A DNA stretch of 63,940 nt, filler included, from an uncultured bacterium (GCA_964449065.1; 6 parts of 6 records of this genome joined end to end with filler, not necessarily neighbours in it); one strand, 5' to 3'; shown: positions 30,365-41,309, numbered from the whole stretch's first letter. Notes: generated from the letters alone by a model not told the origin. Numbers and translations are program-made.

Positions 30365-30381
30365 GTTTTGCTTCTCCAATA

Positions 30382-30422
30382 GTTACTTAAGTAACAGTAG
30401 TGCGGGCAATTTCTTTTGTCAA
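30382..30422 (-). promoter_or_regulatory. sigma70 promoter with overlapping palindromic operator
   Basis: Minus strand TTGACA (30422-30417), 17 bp, TACTGT (30399-30394); perfect palindrome GTTACTTAAGTAAC at 30382-30395. Confidence 0.75.
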
Positions 30423-30516
30423 GAAAAATTTTGAAAAATTTTGATAATTACAGGAGGTAATCAGGTATTAGAGCAATTCAAGGTTGGATAGACAGAGAAT
30501 TGGTATTGCACTTGCC

Positions 30517-30544
30517 GTAGGGGCACATTGCAATGTGCCCCTAC
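30517..30544. repeat. GTAG-type REP palindrome
   Basis: GTAGGGGCACATTGCAATGTGCCCCTAC is a perfect inverted repeat. Confidence 0.85.
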
Positions 30545-30636
30545 AAAACATCTACGCAAATCTGAAATGCTCCAGGCAGGAAGGCTGGAAAGAAGGTGGG
30601 CCGGTGAAACAGCCCACCTTTGCAGAACGTATTCAA

Positions 30637-32888
30637 CTATTCAATAATCACTGCGCCATTGGCGGATTCGGTACTTACTTCGGTATCATAATACAGAAAC
30701 GCGGTGTTGGTACCGCCATCGGCGCGGACGGGATATTTTGCCCGCACTTGGAAGGCGAACAGCAACGGTTCGTCTTGCACCAGATGATCGATGTAAAAAA
30801 TCACCTTTCGGCCCGCCTGCTCAATCCGTTTAATGAGGGGATTGTCCCTTACTTCCGTTAACGATTCCTGCACCACTTCAAAGCCGGTGGGCACGGAAAC
30901 ATCCAGCACGGCCATGCCGGTTTTCTCGTCGATTCCGGTATAGGTGACGGACACGTTGACATCGACAATGTCATCCACTTCCACATGATCGGTGGAGTAA
31001 TCCACAATCAAATCCAGGCCGCTATCGATGGGCTGCGGCTGCACCGGCACGTTGAAAGCGTGCACGATTTGATAAAGCACTTTGCCGCTGCCGCTTTGGC
31101 GGAGAGAGATTTCTTCCGCCGCATCGATCTCTAATCGTTGAAGCACATCAAAGTTTTCTTGGTTAAAGGTCATGGTATGCGCCACTTCGCCATCCACCAA
31201 AATATCCACACTGGAATCCAAATCGCGGCTTTGCTGCATCGCGGCCGCGGTTAAGGCCTTTAACGCCACCACGGTATCTTGCGTGCCGCCATAGCCGCCC
31301 AGGCTGTTGCGCTGGGTGGTCAGCCAGTTTAACGCTTCCTGCACCTCCAACCGCTCATGCCGCATCATCGAGAGGATCGCGTATCCGGTGGTTTCAATCG
31401 GGTGCGGTTCCCAAAGCAGCCCCTTGCTGTCCGCGATAGCATTGTCCATCAGCAATTCCAACGCGGCTTCCGCTTGGGGATGATCCGCCCGTGTAAGGGC
31501 GTACGTAATCATCGATAAAACATACGAGTTCACGCCCGGCTGCGTCATTTCCGATGCCAGATAGTTGAGCGCGTTTTCGAGGGCGGACTCTTCGGCTTCG
31601 CCATATTCTATGAGGGAGAGCGTAACAAACGCGCTCAAGGCCAGGTTGCCGTTTAAGCCGCCCTGTAACTCATTGTGGATTACAAACCCGACCGGTTCCC
31701 ATGAACCGTCTTCTTTTTGGTGGGATAAAATCCAATCGGAAGCGGAAGATAACACGGTTTCATCGATGGTGCGTACCGCCCGGGCGCTGCTAAAGGTGTT
31801 GAGGACGAACGCGGTGAGCCACAAACTGCCTTCTTCATCCTGCTCACCGAATGCCGAAAACGAACCGTCGCCGCGTTGGAAGGTAAGTTCGCGCTGGTAG
31901 CCGGTGGTAATAAAGAATTCGGCTTTGGCCTGCACTTCAGGCATGGATTGTCCGGTGGCATCCAAATAGCGCAGGATTTCGATATCGGGCGCCAGGAAGA
32001 TCATGTTTTGTTCGCCGCAGCCGAAGGGCATTTGCAGCAAACTATCCAACCCCTGCATGGTTTGGCCTAATAGGCTTGCTGTAAGCGCGACGATATAGCG
32101 TTCTGAATCGGGAACAATTTCTTCAAATTCAGGAACCGGTCTTTCCAAAAGCGGATCAATCACCGGCGGGAACGAGAAATCAACTGTGACTTCTGTCCCA
32201 TCCTGCAAGACACCGTTATGCACCATTTCGCGGCGCACGCCTTCCGGCTCAACCCGCAGGTTTTTGCGGATGGCATCGGCCCGTTGCGATGATTGCGCGA
32301 CTAAAGAGACCGGCAACAGCCCAACTTCATTGGGCTGCAAAGTAAACGTGACAGAAGTAACCCCTTGCGCGGGGACATGGATGGTTTGCACCGCTTCATT
32401 CTGCAAGCCCAAGTTTTCCGCATCCTCTAACGTGATGCGGATTTCCTGATCGGTATCCACATAGTTGAAGACGCGAACCCGCATCGGGAAGCGGTCTCCA
32501 CGGGTGACGGCAAAGGGCAAATCGGGCTCGACAAAGAAATCTTGGAAGACGCGCAACTGGCTTTCGGTCATGCCGATTCCATTTTGCGATGTGGCGAACG
32601 CGTGCAGCTTCCATGTGGTGATGCTATCCGGCGCGGTTAAATCCAGGTTTGCGTTTCCGTTTTCATCGGTCAGTAAATCCGGCATCCACACCCATGTTTC
32701 CGGGAAGAACGAGCGTACGCGGGTTGGCTCTTGAAAGGTGGATACATCGCCACTTAGACCGCCATCTGAAACGCCACATTCAGGGCATGGGTCAAGGGGT
32801 AATCCTTCTGCAACATCATCCAAGAAAATAGGTATAGGTATAGGTATTCCCTTTGGTATCTCGCCATTGCGGAACTGGCGGCGGAAGC
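30637..32888 (-). CDS. Alpha-2-macroglobulin/thioester-containing protein, C-terminal half (5' end cut by contig end)
   Basis: VRSFFPETWVW, PDSITTW, LLQMPFGCGEQNM thioester, GYQRELTFQRGDGSFSAFG, SLWLTAFVL, TQDT, TGMAVLDVSVPTGF; frame stays open up to the gap. Confidence 0.95.
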
Positions 32889-32988
32889 NNNNNNNNNNNN
32901 NNNNNNNNNNNNNNNNNNNNNNNNNNNNNNNNTTAATTAATTAANNNNNNNNNNNNNNNNNNNNNNNNNNNNNNNNNNNNNNNNNNNN
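32889..32988. other. Artificial contig linker
   Basis: N44-TTAATTAATTAA-N44. Confidence 0.99.
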
Positions 32989-35900
32989 ATATAAACTCGG
33001 CGGAATTGAAGATGACGTGACATAAATCCCGCCAAGCGTTTTGCTCGCGGTCTTCGTCATACAATTCGTGCTGTGAGTCTACGAATTCGAGAATGGCTTG
33101 CACCTCCATATCCGCCGGAAGACGGGTAAACGCCCTTTCATACATTTGGATGATACGTTCTTTGTCAGACAAATCTTGTTCAAGCAGGCGCTTTGCCCAT
33201 CGTTCGGCTTGTTGATAGATGAAATCGTTATTAAGCATGATGAGAGCCTGAGCCGGCACGCTGGAAACCCCGCGCTGGCCGATGGCGGATATCGGCGGGG
33301 GGTAATCAAACGCCAAAAACATCGGCACCATAAAGTTGCGGCGGATGTTGATGTAGATACTGCGTCTGCCTTCCCCATCCAAGGGGCCGGATTCCGCCGG
33401 GCGGCCTCTACCGTCCATAAACTCGCTGATATAGGGCATGATGCTGGGGCCGAACAGGGTCTTATCCAGCGAACCCGATACCGCCAAGATACTGTCTCGT
33501 ATCACTTCCGCTTCCATGCGCTGTATCGGGAAATGATGCCAGAGTTTGTTGGTGGGGTCGGTTTCTTTGTATGCTTCGTTCATGTCCGATGCCATGCGGT
33601 AGGTGCTGGATAACAGCATGAGGCGGTGCATGTGCTTGATAGACCAACCGTTGCGGATGAACTCCGCCGCAAGCCAATCCAGCAGTTCCGGATGCGTTGG
33701 CGGCTGTCCCTGCAAACCAAAGTCATCGGGAGTGCGGACAATTCCTTCGCCAAAGTGATGCAGCCAGATGCGGTTGATCATCACACGGGCAATCAGATGC
33801 TTGCCTTTGTTCACCAATTCGCGCGCGACTTGCAGTCTGCCGCTGGATTTTCCCGGGTTAAAAGAATCCCGGTTCGATAACGCGGTTAAAAACCCGCGCT
33901 GTACCCGGACACCATGGTTCTTATGGTTGCCGCGAATGTGCAAAGGCATATCGCCGGTATCGTCATCGGTCATGGTAAGGGCAAAGTGGATATCCCCGAT
34001 CTGCTTCGCTACGTTTGCGCGGTAATCCACCAGCGTTTGCAGACGCTCATCCTGCGCCTGCCGCATTTCATCCACCGCCAGTTGCCATGAACTGTACGGG
34101 CTGCCATCGCGCAGGCACCAATCGATTAAGGTATTTTTTATAGGATAGGTTCGATTCGCGTGATAGACCCATTCTTCTAAGGCGTTCGCAATGGTCTGTT
34201 CATAAGCAGCCGCGAGCGATTCAAATGAAATGACCGCTTCATCCGACAGCAGATTTTCGACCGCATCCAATGGTTCAGGCTCTTCTGTTTTCAGATATCC
34301 GCGCGGGGGTTGGCTGTTATCCGAAAAGACAATCTGATCGACCACAATAAACCCTTCGGGGTCATGATCGACAATCTCGACATAGTTGCGCTTCTTCTCA
34401 TACATGCGAATATCATGGGTAGACCATCGAAACTCGTGTTCGCTCTTGGCACGTTGGAAGCGCGCCCGAAATTCATCCGACACCACATCCACCTTGCCCG
34501 TCCCCATCATGCGCACATGCACATAGCGCTTTTCTGAGATAAAGATGGGAGAGATCATCACGCCTTCATAGCGATCGGAGACCAACCCGCTGTGCACAAA
34601 GCCGCGGCCGCCGCGTTCCACATAACGGTACATATCCTCACCCATAAAGCGGCTGAGAAAGCGGTGAAAGATTGACTGCGGCTGGTTGGTTAACGCATGG
34701 TTAAACGCTTCTCCAGTAGCGATCCAATCGTTCTTCATGCCATGCAAAAAATCTTCATAAACTTCATAATCTTCATTGCGTTCGGTACGGATAAAGCGGT
34801 CATGAATGCGCTTCAGCGTGTCGCGCTTCCACCGCGCGAATGAATCCCCTCGCTCAGGTTTCATATAGGCATGGATGGGATACAGCGGCGATACCGAATC
34901 ATCCGCATCACGGATCTGCTCCAGCCAATGCTGCAAGATTTGGGGATTCAGGTCATTGCTTTCCGCAACCGATACGACTTCTTCATAAGCAGGTTCATTG
35001 TTATTGGTGAGCACAAAATGATCGGCGATGATGTGCCCCCACTTTCCGGTATGATCATCCACAATTTCGATTACGGCTTCTTGCCCCAAATACTCACGAA
35101 CATCCCACAATACCTGGCGAAGGCTGCCGCTATTGTTTCCGGTATCCGTACGAACCGCTTTACCATCAATGATTAAGTTCACACATGTCTTGTTGGGATG
35201 ATCACCGCCCGCGATCATAAATGAAACGGAATTGCGGTTCAGCGTAAACGGTTTGGATGTCAGTGTTCCGGTATATTCATTCGAGCTGTTGTGGAATGAA
35301 TCGGCCACAAAGCTGCCGCGCCAGTTATCCAACTCATACTCCCGAAACACGCCAACCGCGATCGGCGGTGCGTGGCGGAACGCTTCACCTTCCGCCACCC
35401 AGAATATATACGTTCCATCTTCAAAGTCATCCAAAATGATGTCTTTCGGTTTGTTTTTATTTTGATAATAGGCCTGTATCACATCATTGGCAGCCAAAAG
35501 GTATTCTTCCGTTTTATCGACCATCGGTTTCATCACCGCTTCAACAATGGAGCGGTCCATGCGTTTGGCGTTTTCGCTGACGCGTTGGTATTTCGCTTTG
35601 GTTTCCGGGGGAGTCAGCGCCTTTTGCCGGGGGCGGCTGCTTTGAAAGATTCCTGCCAGCGCGAAATAATCTTTTTGTGTGACCGGGTCAAACTTATGGT
35701 CATGGCAGCGCGCGCAGGCAAGGGTTAAGCCCATAAACGCTTTGCCGAACACATCCACTTGATTTTCTAACCGGTCCGCATGAGCCTTAAATGAATCGAC
35801 CGGGCTGTTGACCACATCTCCCAACCACATGTAGCCGGTGCCGATGGGAGATTCCGCCAATCCGGTCTCAGGATTGACGCGGGGATTCTTGAGTTGATCG

Positions 35901-36793
35901 CCCGCCATGTGTTCCACCAAGAATTGATCGTAAGGCACATCCTCATTCATGGCGCGGATCACATAATCGCGGTAGCGCCAGATGTTGGGTTTATCGCGGT
36001 CATACTCATGCCCGTCGGTTTCGGCATAGCGCACCAAATCCAGCCAGTGGCGTCCCCAGCGTTCGCCGTAATGGGGAGAGTCGAGCAAGCGTTCTACCAA
36101 ACGCGCGTATGCCAATTCGCTATCATCCTGCAAGAACGTTTTCACGTCATCCGGTGTTGGGGGCAATCCCACCAAATCAAACGAAAGACGGCGAATGAGA
36201 GTACGCTTATCCGCTTCATCCGCCGGGGTCATCCCCGCCGCTTCAAGCTTCTCCAACACAAACGCATCAATGGGAGACTGAACCCACTCCTTATTCTTCA
36301 CATTGGGGATATCAACATCCATCAGCGGTTGAAAGGACCAATGTTGTTTACGTTCTTCCAGGTTAAACTCTTCGCCGCTTGCCGCGATGTCTTCATCACC
36401 GGGGTTGGGGTGAGGGGCACCCATCTTGACCCAGAGCGTGAGGTTGTCGATATCCTCTTGGGGGAGCTTGCCGGTGGGAGGCATTTTAAAGACATCATCT
36501 TCATAGCTGATCGCGCGGATGAGCAGGCTGTTTTCTGGCTCACCCGGAACCACCGCGTGTCCGGTCTCGCCGCCTTTGAGCATGGCGCTGTAGGCATCCA
36601 ACCGCAGTCCTGCGATTTGCTGTTTTTCACCATGGCAGGTGTAGCAGTTATCAATCAGCACCGGGCGGATTTTCTTTTCGAAGAACTCTATGCCTTCCGC
36701 GGTGAATTCCGCCTTTGCTGCATTTGCTGTCTCTGCTGAGATGACAGCCATCGTAAAAAAACCTATTAAAACGGATAAATTCCCATTTTTCAT
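32989..36793 (-). CDS. PSD1/planctomycete cytochrome c domain protein (PSCyt1 + DUF1549 + DUF1553), last few residues cut off
   Basis: FFEKKIRPVL..NCYTCHG, YGERWGRHWLDLVRYAET, CARCHDHKFDP, PTHPELLDWLA, QALIMLN. Confidence 0.95.
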
Positions 36794-37183
36794 TATCCGA
36801 ATACTCCCCAATTGCAAATTAGACTGTGATAAACTCAGTAAACTTTATCACAATATTAGCGAATGGTTAATAGAATTCGCACGATATTCTTGATCAGTTA
36901 TCAAAAGTATGTTGTTTTGGAAGGACGGGGCTCACTCCAAACCGGAAGTTCAGATCACACCAATCAGAGCATTTCACTAATGATTACACACAATTATTTT
37001 CAATGCTGAATTCATTTTTGTGCCACTTTTATAACCAGCGGTTTTGTGTTTAACCGTCTGCCTCTATCTCAATTAATTCTCAATCGAAAACATTGGGAAA
37101 TCCGATATAATTGATATAATACGTTATGTTTATCATTTTATCTTATTCTATTGACTGGCAATTGATATTGTACGGAGTAAGAC

Positions 37184-38155
37184 ATGCATATCTACAATTT
37201 GGAACAATGGCAACCCCAACACGATTTTCATATCGATTATCAATCCGGAGAGCGGCGGTCTCTTTTTGTGCTCGCTTTGACGGCAGTCACCATGGTTGTC
37301 GAGATTGCCGCCGGGACCGTATTCGGCTCAATGGCCCTCTTGGCTGACGGCTGGCACATGGCAACTCACGTTGCGGCGTTCGCGATCACGATTTTTGCTT
37401 ATCAATATGCGCGAAAGCATAAAGACAACCCCCAATATGCCTACGGTACCGGAAAGGTCAGTGTGCTTGGCGGTTTTGCCAGCGCGGTCGCGCTCGCTGT
37501 GGTCGCGCTGATGATGGCGGTGGAATCCATCATGCGGATGATCTCGCCGGAATCGATCATGTTCACCGAAGCCATTCTCGTTGCCATTGTTGGATTGATC
37601 GTCAACATCATCAGTGTGTTGATGCTGCATGACGACCATTCTCACGGCCACGGTCATCACCATGACCACCACCATCAAGACCACCATCATCACCATGACC
37701 ACAATTTAACCGCGGCGTATTACCATGTGCTGGCGGATGCGTTTACATCGATTTTGGCCATCGCGGCTCTGCTGTGCGGGCGGTATTTCGGCTGGCTGTG
37801 GATGGACGCGCTTATGGGAGTGGTCGGCGCGGTTGTGATTTCGAAATGGGCGTATGGGCTTCTCAAACAAAGCAGCCAAATTTTACTGGACCGCAGTATC
37901 GATGCCGAAACCAAAAACAAAATTGTGAAAGCCATCGAAACGGATAGGGACAACCGTGTGGTCGATCTGCACGGCTGGTATATCAACCCCAAACACACCT
38001 TGTTGATCGTCTCGGTGGTTACGCACTATCCCCAGCCGCCGGATCACTATAAAGAGTTGATCAAAGGGATCCACGATTTTGTCCACATTACGGTAGAAGT
38101 TCACACCTGCGAAAGCGAACCCTGCATCCCGCTGCCGACGGAATCCACATTGTGA
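37184..38155 (+). CDS. dmeF: CDF family Co(II)/Ni(II) efflux transporter
   Basis: GSMALLADGWHMATH, YGTGKV, His-rich loop, HDHNL.AAY.HVLADA. Confidence 0.9.
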   Translation: MHIYNLEQWQPQHDFHIDYQSGERRSLFVLALTAVTMVVEIAAGTVFGSMALLADGWHMATHVAAFAITIFAYQYARKHKDNPQYAYGTGKVSVLGGFASAVALAVVALMMAVESIMRMISPESIMFTEAILVAIVGLIVNIISVLMLHDDHSHGHGHHHDHHHQDHHHHHDHNLTAAYYHVLADAFTSILAIAALLCGRYFGWLWMDALMGVVGAVVISKWAYGLLKQSSQILLDRSIDAETKNKIVKAIETDRDNRVVDLHGWYINPKHTLLIVSVVTHYPQPPDHYKELIKGIHDFVHITVEVHTCESEPCIPLPTESTL

Positions 38156-38333
38156 GATTCTCAATAACAACATTTTGTGAAGATGCCTTTATGGAAAATT
38201 TGAAAACCTCATATTTATAGCAAATGGCAAGGAATCTTTGCCACATTGGGAAGTGCAGAAGTATCGTCTTCTCTATTGAGCATAGCGCTTTAGGAATACA
38301 GCCGCAGCCTTATGATATTGAATATAATTATAT

Positions 38334-38362
38334 TTGACATTTGGATATGTCTGTGATAAATT
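38334..38362 (+). promoter_or_regulatory. Putative sigma70 promoter
   Basis: TTGACA, 17 bp, TAAATT with TG extension, upstream of the WD40 gene. Confidence 0.55.
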
Positions 38363-38427
38363 TCTGAGTAGGAATTTCAATGTGAAATTCCAAAATTGTT
38401 TAAAAAAATGCAGTCTAGAGACACCCA

Positions 38428-39453
38428 ATGTACATCAAATTATTTTTTGTATTATTCCTCTTTATTCCATTCGTTTCTCATTCGCAAAATAAGCCTAACT
38501 TATCCATCCAAATGCTGTACCAAAATAGGCCATATAACATTTATGATATAGACTTTACTTCAGACAGTCAAAAGATTGCGCTTGCAGGCGATTGGGGGTT
38601 TGTGCGAGTATGGGATATTCGAACAGGTGAAATGATCCATGAACTCTTTGATATAGCACGGGGACGAGGAAGAGGAACTATGCATTCCTTGGATATATCT
38701 TCAGATGACTCAATGATTGTTGCCAATGGTGGTGGAAACGTTTATATGTGGGATATCGAAAACGACTCGCAATTACAAACCTTTGAACATTTTGAACATT
38801 TTTCTCCGCAAGAATTCTTTACTCCTTTCCCCTATTTTGGCGCATCCGCGATTTCGAATAACGGCACGATTGCCGCATCCAGCATCAATGGAATTATTTT
38901 TCTATGGGACAACACTAACGGAGAATTCATTACTACAGTAGATACAAAAATCGATGATATTGTTTCTCATATTCAGTTCACACCAAATGATCAACAAATC
39001 TATGCATCTGTCAGAAATGCATCTGAATATGTTATAATCAATAGACAAAACTTGGAATTATCACACCCTTACAACCTAAACCGTGCGCGTATTGGTCGGG
39101 ATGGAATAACTCTGTATGGGTTTAACAATGAGAATACGATAACAGCGGTGGATATTCGAACAGGAAATACCCTCTTCGAATACAAACTTGACATTCCCAT
39201 ACACACTTTATTATTCTTATCAAATGATGGTTCAAAACTGTTTGTTCATTCTAATGGTCAAAATCATTTGTACTCTCTTGGTCCAAATCATCCCCCAAAA
39301 CGGATACATACCTTTCCAGAACTTGATTTTGGAATCATGGAAGCAATGTTTTCTCCGAATGGTGAATACATCGCCTTAAAGGGATTGCGAAAGATAGAAA
39401 TCTATGAGGTGCTTAAAGAGTCAGCCGTTCTGAATGGATTTTTGATTGATTAA
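38428..39453 (+). CDS. Secreted WD40-repeat beta-propeller protein
   Basis: Signal peptide; repeated F(T/S).D.....VRVWD, YMWD, FLWD and FSPNG. Confidence 0.85.
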   Translation: MYIKLFFVLFLFIPFVSHSQNKPNLSIQMLYQNRPYNIYDIDFTSDSQKIALAGDWGFVRVWDIRTGEMIHELFDIARGRGRGTMHSLDISSDDSMIVANGGGNVYMWDIENDSQLQTFEHFEHFSPQEFFTPFPYFGASAISNNGTIAASSINGIIFLWDNTNGEFITTVDTKIDDIVSHIQFTPNDQQIYASVRNASEYVIINRQNLELSHPYNLNRARIGRDGITLYGFNNENTITAVDIRTGNTLFEYKLDIPIHTLLFLSNDGSKLFVHSNGQNHLYSLGPNHPPKRIHTFPELDFGIMEAMFSPNGEYIALKGLRKIEIYEVLKESAVLNGFLID

Positions 39454-39524
39454 GAAAGTGGACTTTTCCTATATTGGCTATACCTTCTGATCACGCGCCA
39501 TCTTTTTAAACACGATTAACGCCT

Positions 39525-39641
39525 CTATCTTCCCTGGCAGATGGAGGCACGTGACTCAGCGAGGAGGGATTCTGCGGTGGGATCATCCTCCGCATCAAGG
39601 GCTTGGGCGAAACCTTCTACGATTTGAGTATCTTTTGGCAT
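39525..39641 (-). pseudogene. Possible truncated NTF2/SnoaL-like gene remnant (38 aa)
   Basis: GGAG RBS then MPKDTQIVEGFAQALDAEDDPTAESLLAES..., resembling the NTF2 N-terminal helices; GC-rich patch in AT-rich DNA. Confidence 0.3.
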
Positions 39642-39732
39642 GACTCCCACAACTCCAAAATACTACTAAAATACTATTTGTATAATATGCATAAACATAT
39701 ATGATATTTTGCATAACCTTTTGGAGATAACC

Positions 39733-39927
39733 ATGAGAACAACACTTGATTTGCCTGATGATTTATTGAAGGAAGCCATGAAAATCACAAAATCCGAGAC
39801 AAAAAAGGGAGCGATAATTTTGGCTTTAAAAGAATTGATCCAAAAAAATAAAATACAAGGGTTAAAAAAATATAAAGGAGAAATTGAATTGGATATTGAT
39901 TTGGATACGTTAAGAGACCGAAAATAA
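39733..39927 (+). CDS. vapB: VapB-family antitoxin (DUF2191-like)
   Basis: MRTTLDLPDDLLKEAMKIT...TKK.AI..AL; TAATG coupling to the PIN gene. Confidence 0.88.
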   Translation: MRTTLDLPDDLLKEAMKITKSETKKGAIILALKELIQKNKIQGLKKYKGEIELDIDLDTLRDRK

Positions 39928-40322
39928 TGCACATTCTTGTAGACTCTTCGGTTTGGATCGATTACTTTCGAAGTGGAACCCGAACTTCAGAATTGGATAC
40001 GTTAATTGAAGAGAATATTGTTGCAATTAACGAAGTTATCCTTGCAGAAATAATTCCTCCATTACAAGTTCGAAAGAGATTTAAAGTCATCGATCAACTG
40101 AAAGAAGTACACCATATACCATTACAGATCAATTGGAAAACCATTAGAGATTATCAAGTGAAATGTTTAAAATCCGGGTTAAATGGAATTGGTATTCCAG
40201 ATTTATTGATTATACAAAACGCAATCCAAAATCAGTGCAAAATCTATACTTTGGATAAACACTTTTATTTAATACGAAAAATCGTAAGAGTCGATCTGTA
40301 TTCATTTCAATTATTGAATTAG
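39927..40322 (+). CDS. vapC: PIN-domain toxin
   Basis: ILVDSSVWIDYFR, ILAEI, IPDLLI, YTLDKHF. Confidence 0.92.
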   Translation: MHILVDSSVWIDYFRSGTRTSELDTLIEENIVAINEVILAEIIPPLQVRKRFKVIDQLKEVHHIPLQINWKTIRDYQVKCLKSGLNGIGIPDLLIIQNAIQNQCKIYTLDKHFYLIRKIVRVDLYSFQLLN

Positions 40323-40413
40323 AATTTTTTAAAGGCCACTTGTCATTTCCCCGCTACATTGATACTGTTTGGCATGAAGCATCAAGCGATCTTGTAAGAG
40401 AATACCAACCATA

Positions 40414-41172
40414 ATGACACATAAACATTGTTTCTACTCATCAATCATCACTCTAGCACTCATCATGGCCTTGCTCTCGTGCACGACCGACGGCAACGAA
40501 TATTTTGGGATTGTTGAAACCAATGAAGGCAAACCGCTGCCGCCGCGCACGGTGCCGCGAAACATTATTGGCCCCATGCCCGCCGGGACGCTTCCCTCGC
40601 ACAAACCCACCGGCATCATCGTGATGGATACTGGCGCGGATTATGACGGCATTTCCCCCCTCACCTATCTGCGCAACATGCTGGATTCATACCATACCAG
40701 CAAAAATCATCAGGGCGATCTGCCCTTTCACTTTTTTATCGATCCAACCGGCAGCGTATATAGCGGGCGCAACCCCATTGCCCCCGCGCGGCTGCATTAT
40801 GGCGATCCGTTCACCATGCGCTACACCGATGTGGATAAAAAAACCGCTCTTCAAGCGCGGCTGGCCAAGCACAAATATCCCCGCTACGATCTCGAAGGTT
40901 ATGTTGTCATCTGCATACTGGGTGATTACGACAACCAAATGTTCAGCGAAGAGCAGGAAAAAGGGTTGTATCAAACCATCGCCTATTTGGTCTATCAGCA
41001 CAATATCTCGCTCGAGCGAATTTATGGGCTAAAAACCTTGTTCCCGGATACAAAAAATCCGGGATTCTACTTGCATAATTACCTGCAAAACTCTATCTTA
41101 CAAAAAAATATACCTCAACCGCCTGGAACGCACCGCTTTTTGGTGCCCGAACCGCGCGCGGGTGTATGGTAA
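40414..41172 (+). CDS. PGRP/Amidase_2-like lipoprotein, probably non-catalytic
   Basis: Lipobox LLSC; GDLPFHFFIDPTGSVYSGR, ICILGDY, TKNPG; IVMDTG where IVIHHT is expected. Confidence 0.7.
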   Translation: MTHKHCFYSSIITLALIMALLSCTTDGNEYFGIVETNEGKPLPPRTVPRNIIGPMPAGTLPSHKPTGIIVMDTGADYDGISPLTYLRNMLDSYHTSKNHQGDLPFHFFIDPTGSVYSGRNPIAPARLHYGDPFTMRYTDVDKKTALQARLAKHKYPRYDLEGYVVICILGDYDNQMFSEEQEKGLYQTIAYLVYQHNISLERIYGLKTLFPDTKNPGFYLHNYLQNSILQKNIPQPPGTHRFLVPEPRAGVW

Positions 41173-41309
41173 CGGCGGGCAAAAAACCGCTAATTTGGCA
41201 TAGACGAAAAATTAAAGTTGATCTATAATGTCAACTTTAAATGAGATTGTTTTTGCTTGACAAGGTGATGAACGTAACTATTTTCTAAACTGAATAAAGA
41301 GAGGTCGTT

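Noticed and set aside
26066..30723. 87-bp repeat pair as a diversity-generating retroelement TR/VR
   Set aside because: No reverse transcriptase on the contig; only 2 of 6 mismatches fall at adenines of the would-be template and most are synonymous
30637..36793. A2M and PSD1 genes as one operon or fused ORF
   Set aside because: They lie on different contigs separated by a linker; the adjacency is artificial
39521..39620. GC-rich hairpins as a riboswitch (e.g. fluoride) upstream of vapB
   Set aside because: Does not fit a consensus I recognise; better explained as a short gene remnant on the minus strand
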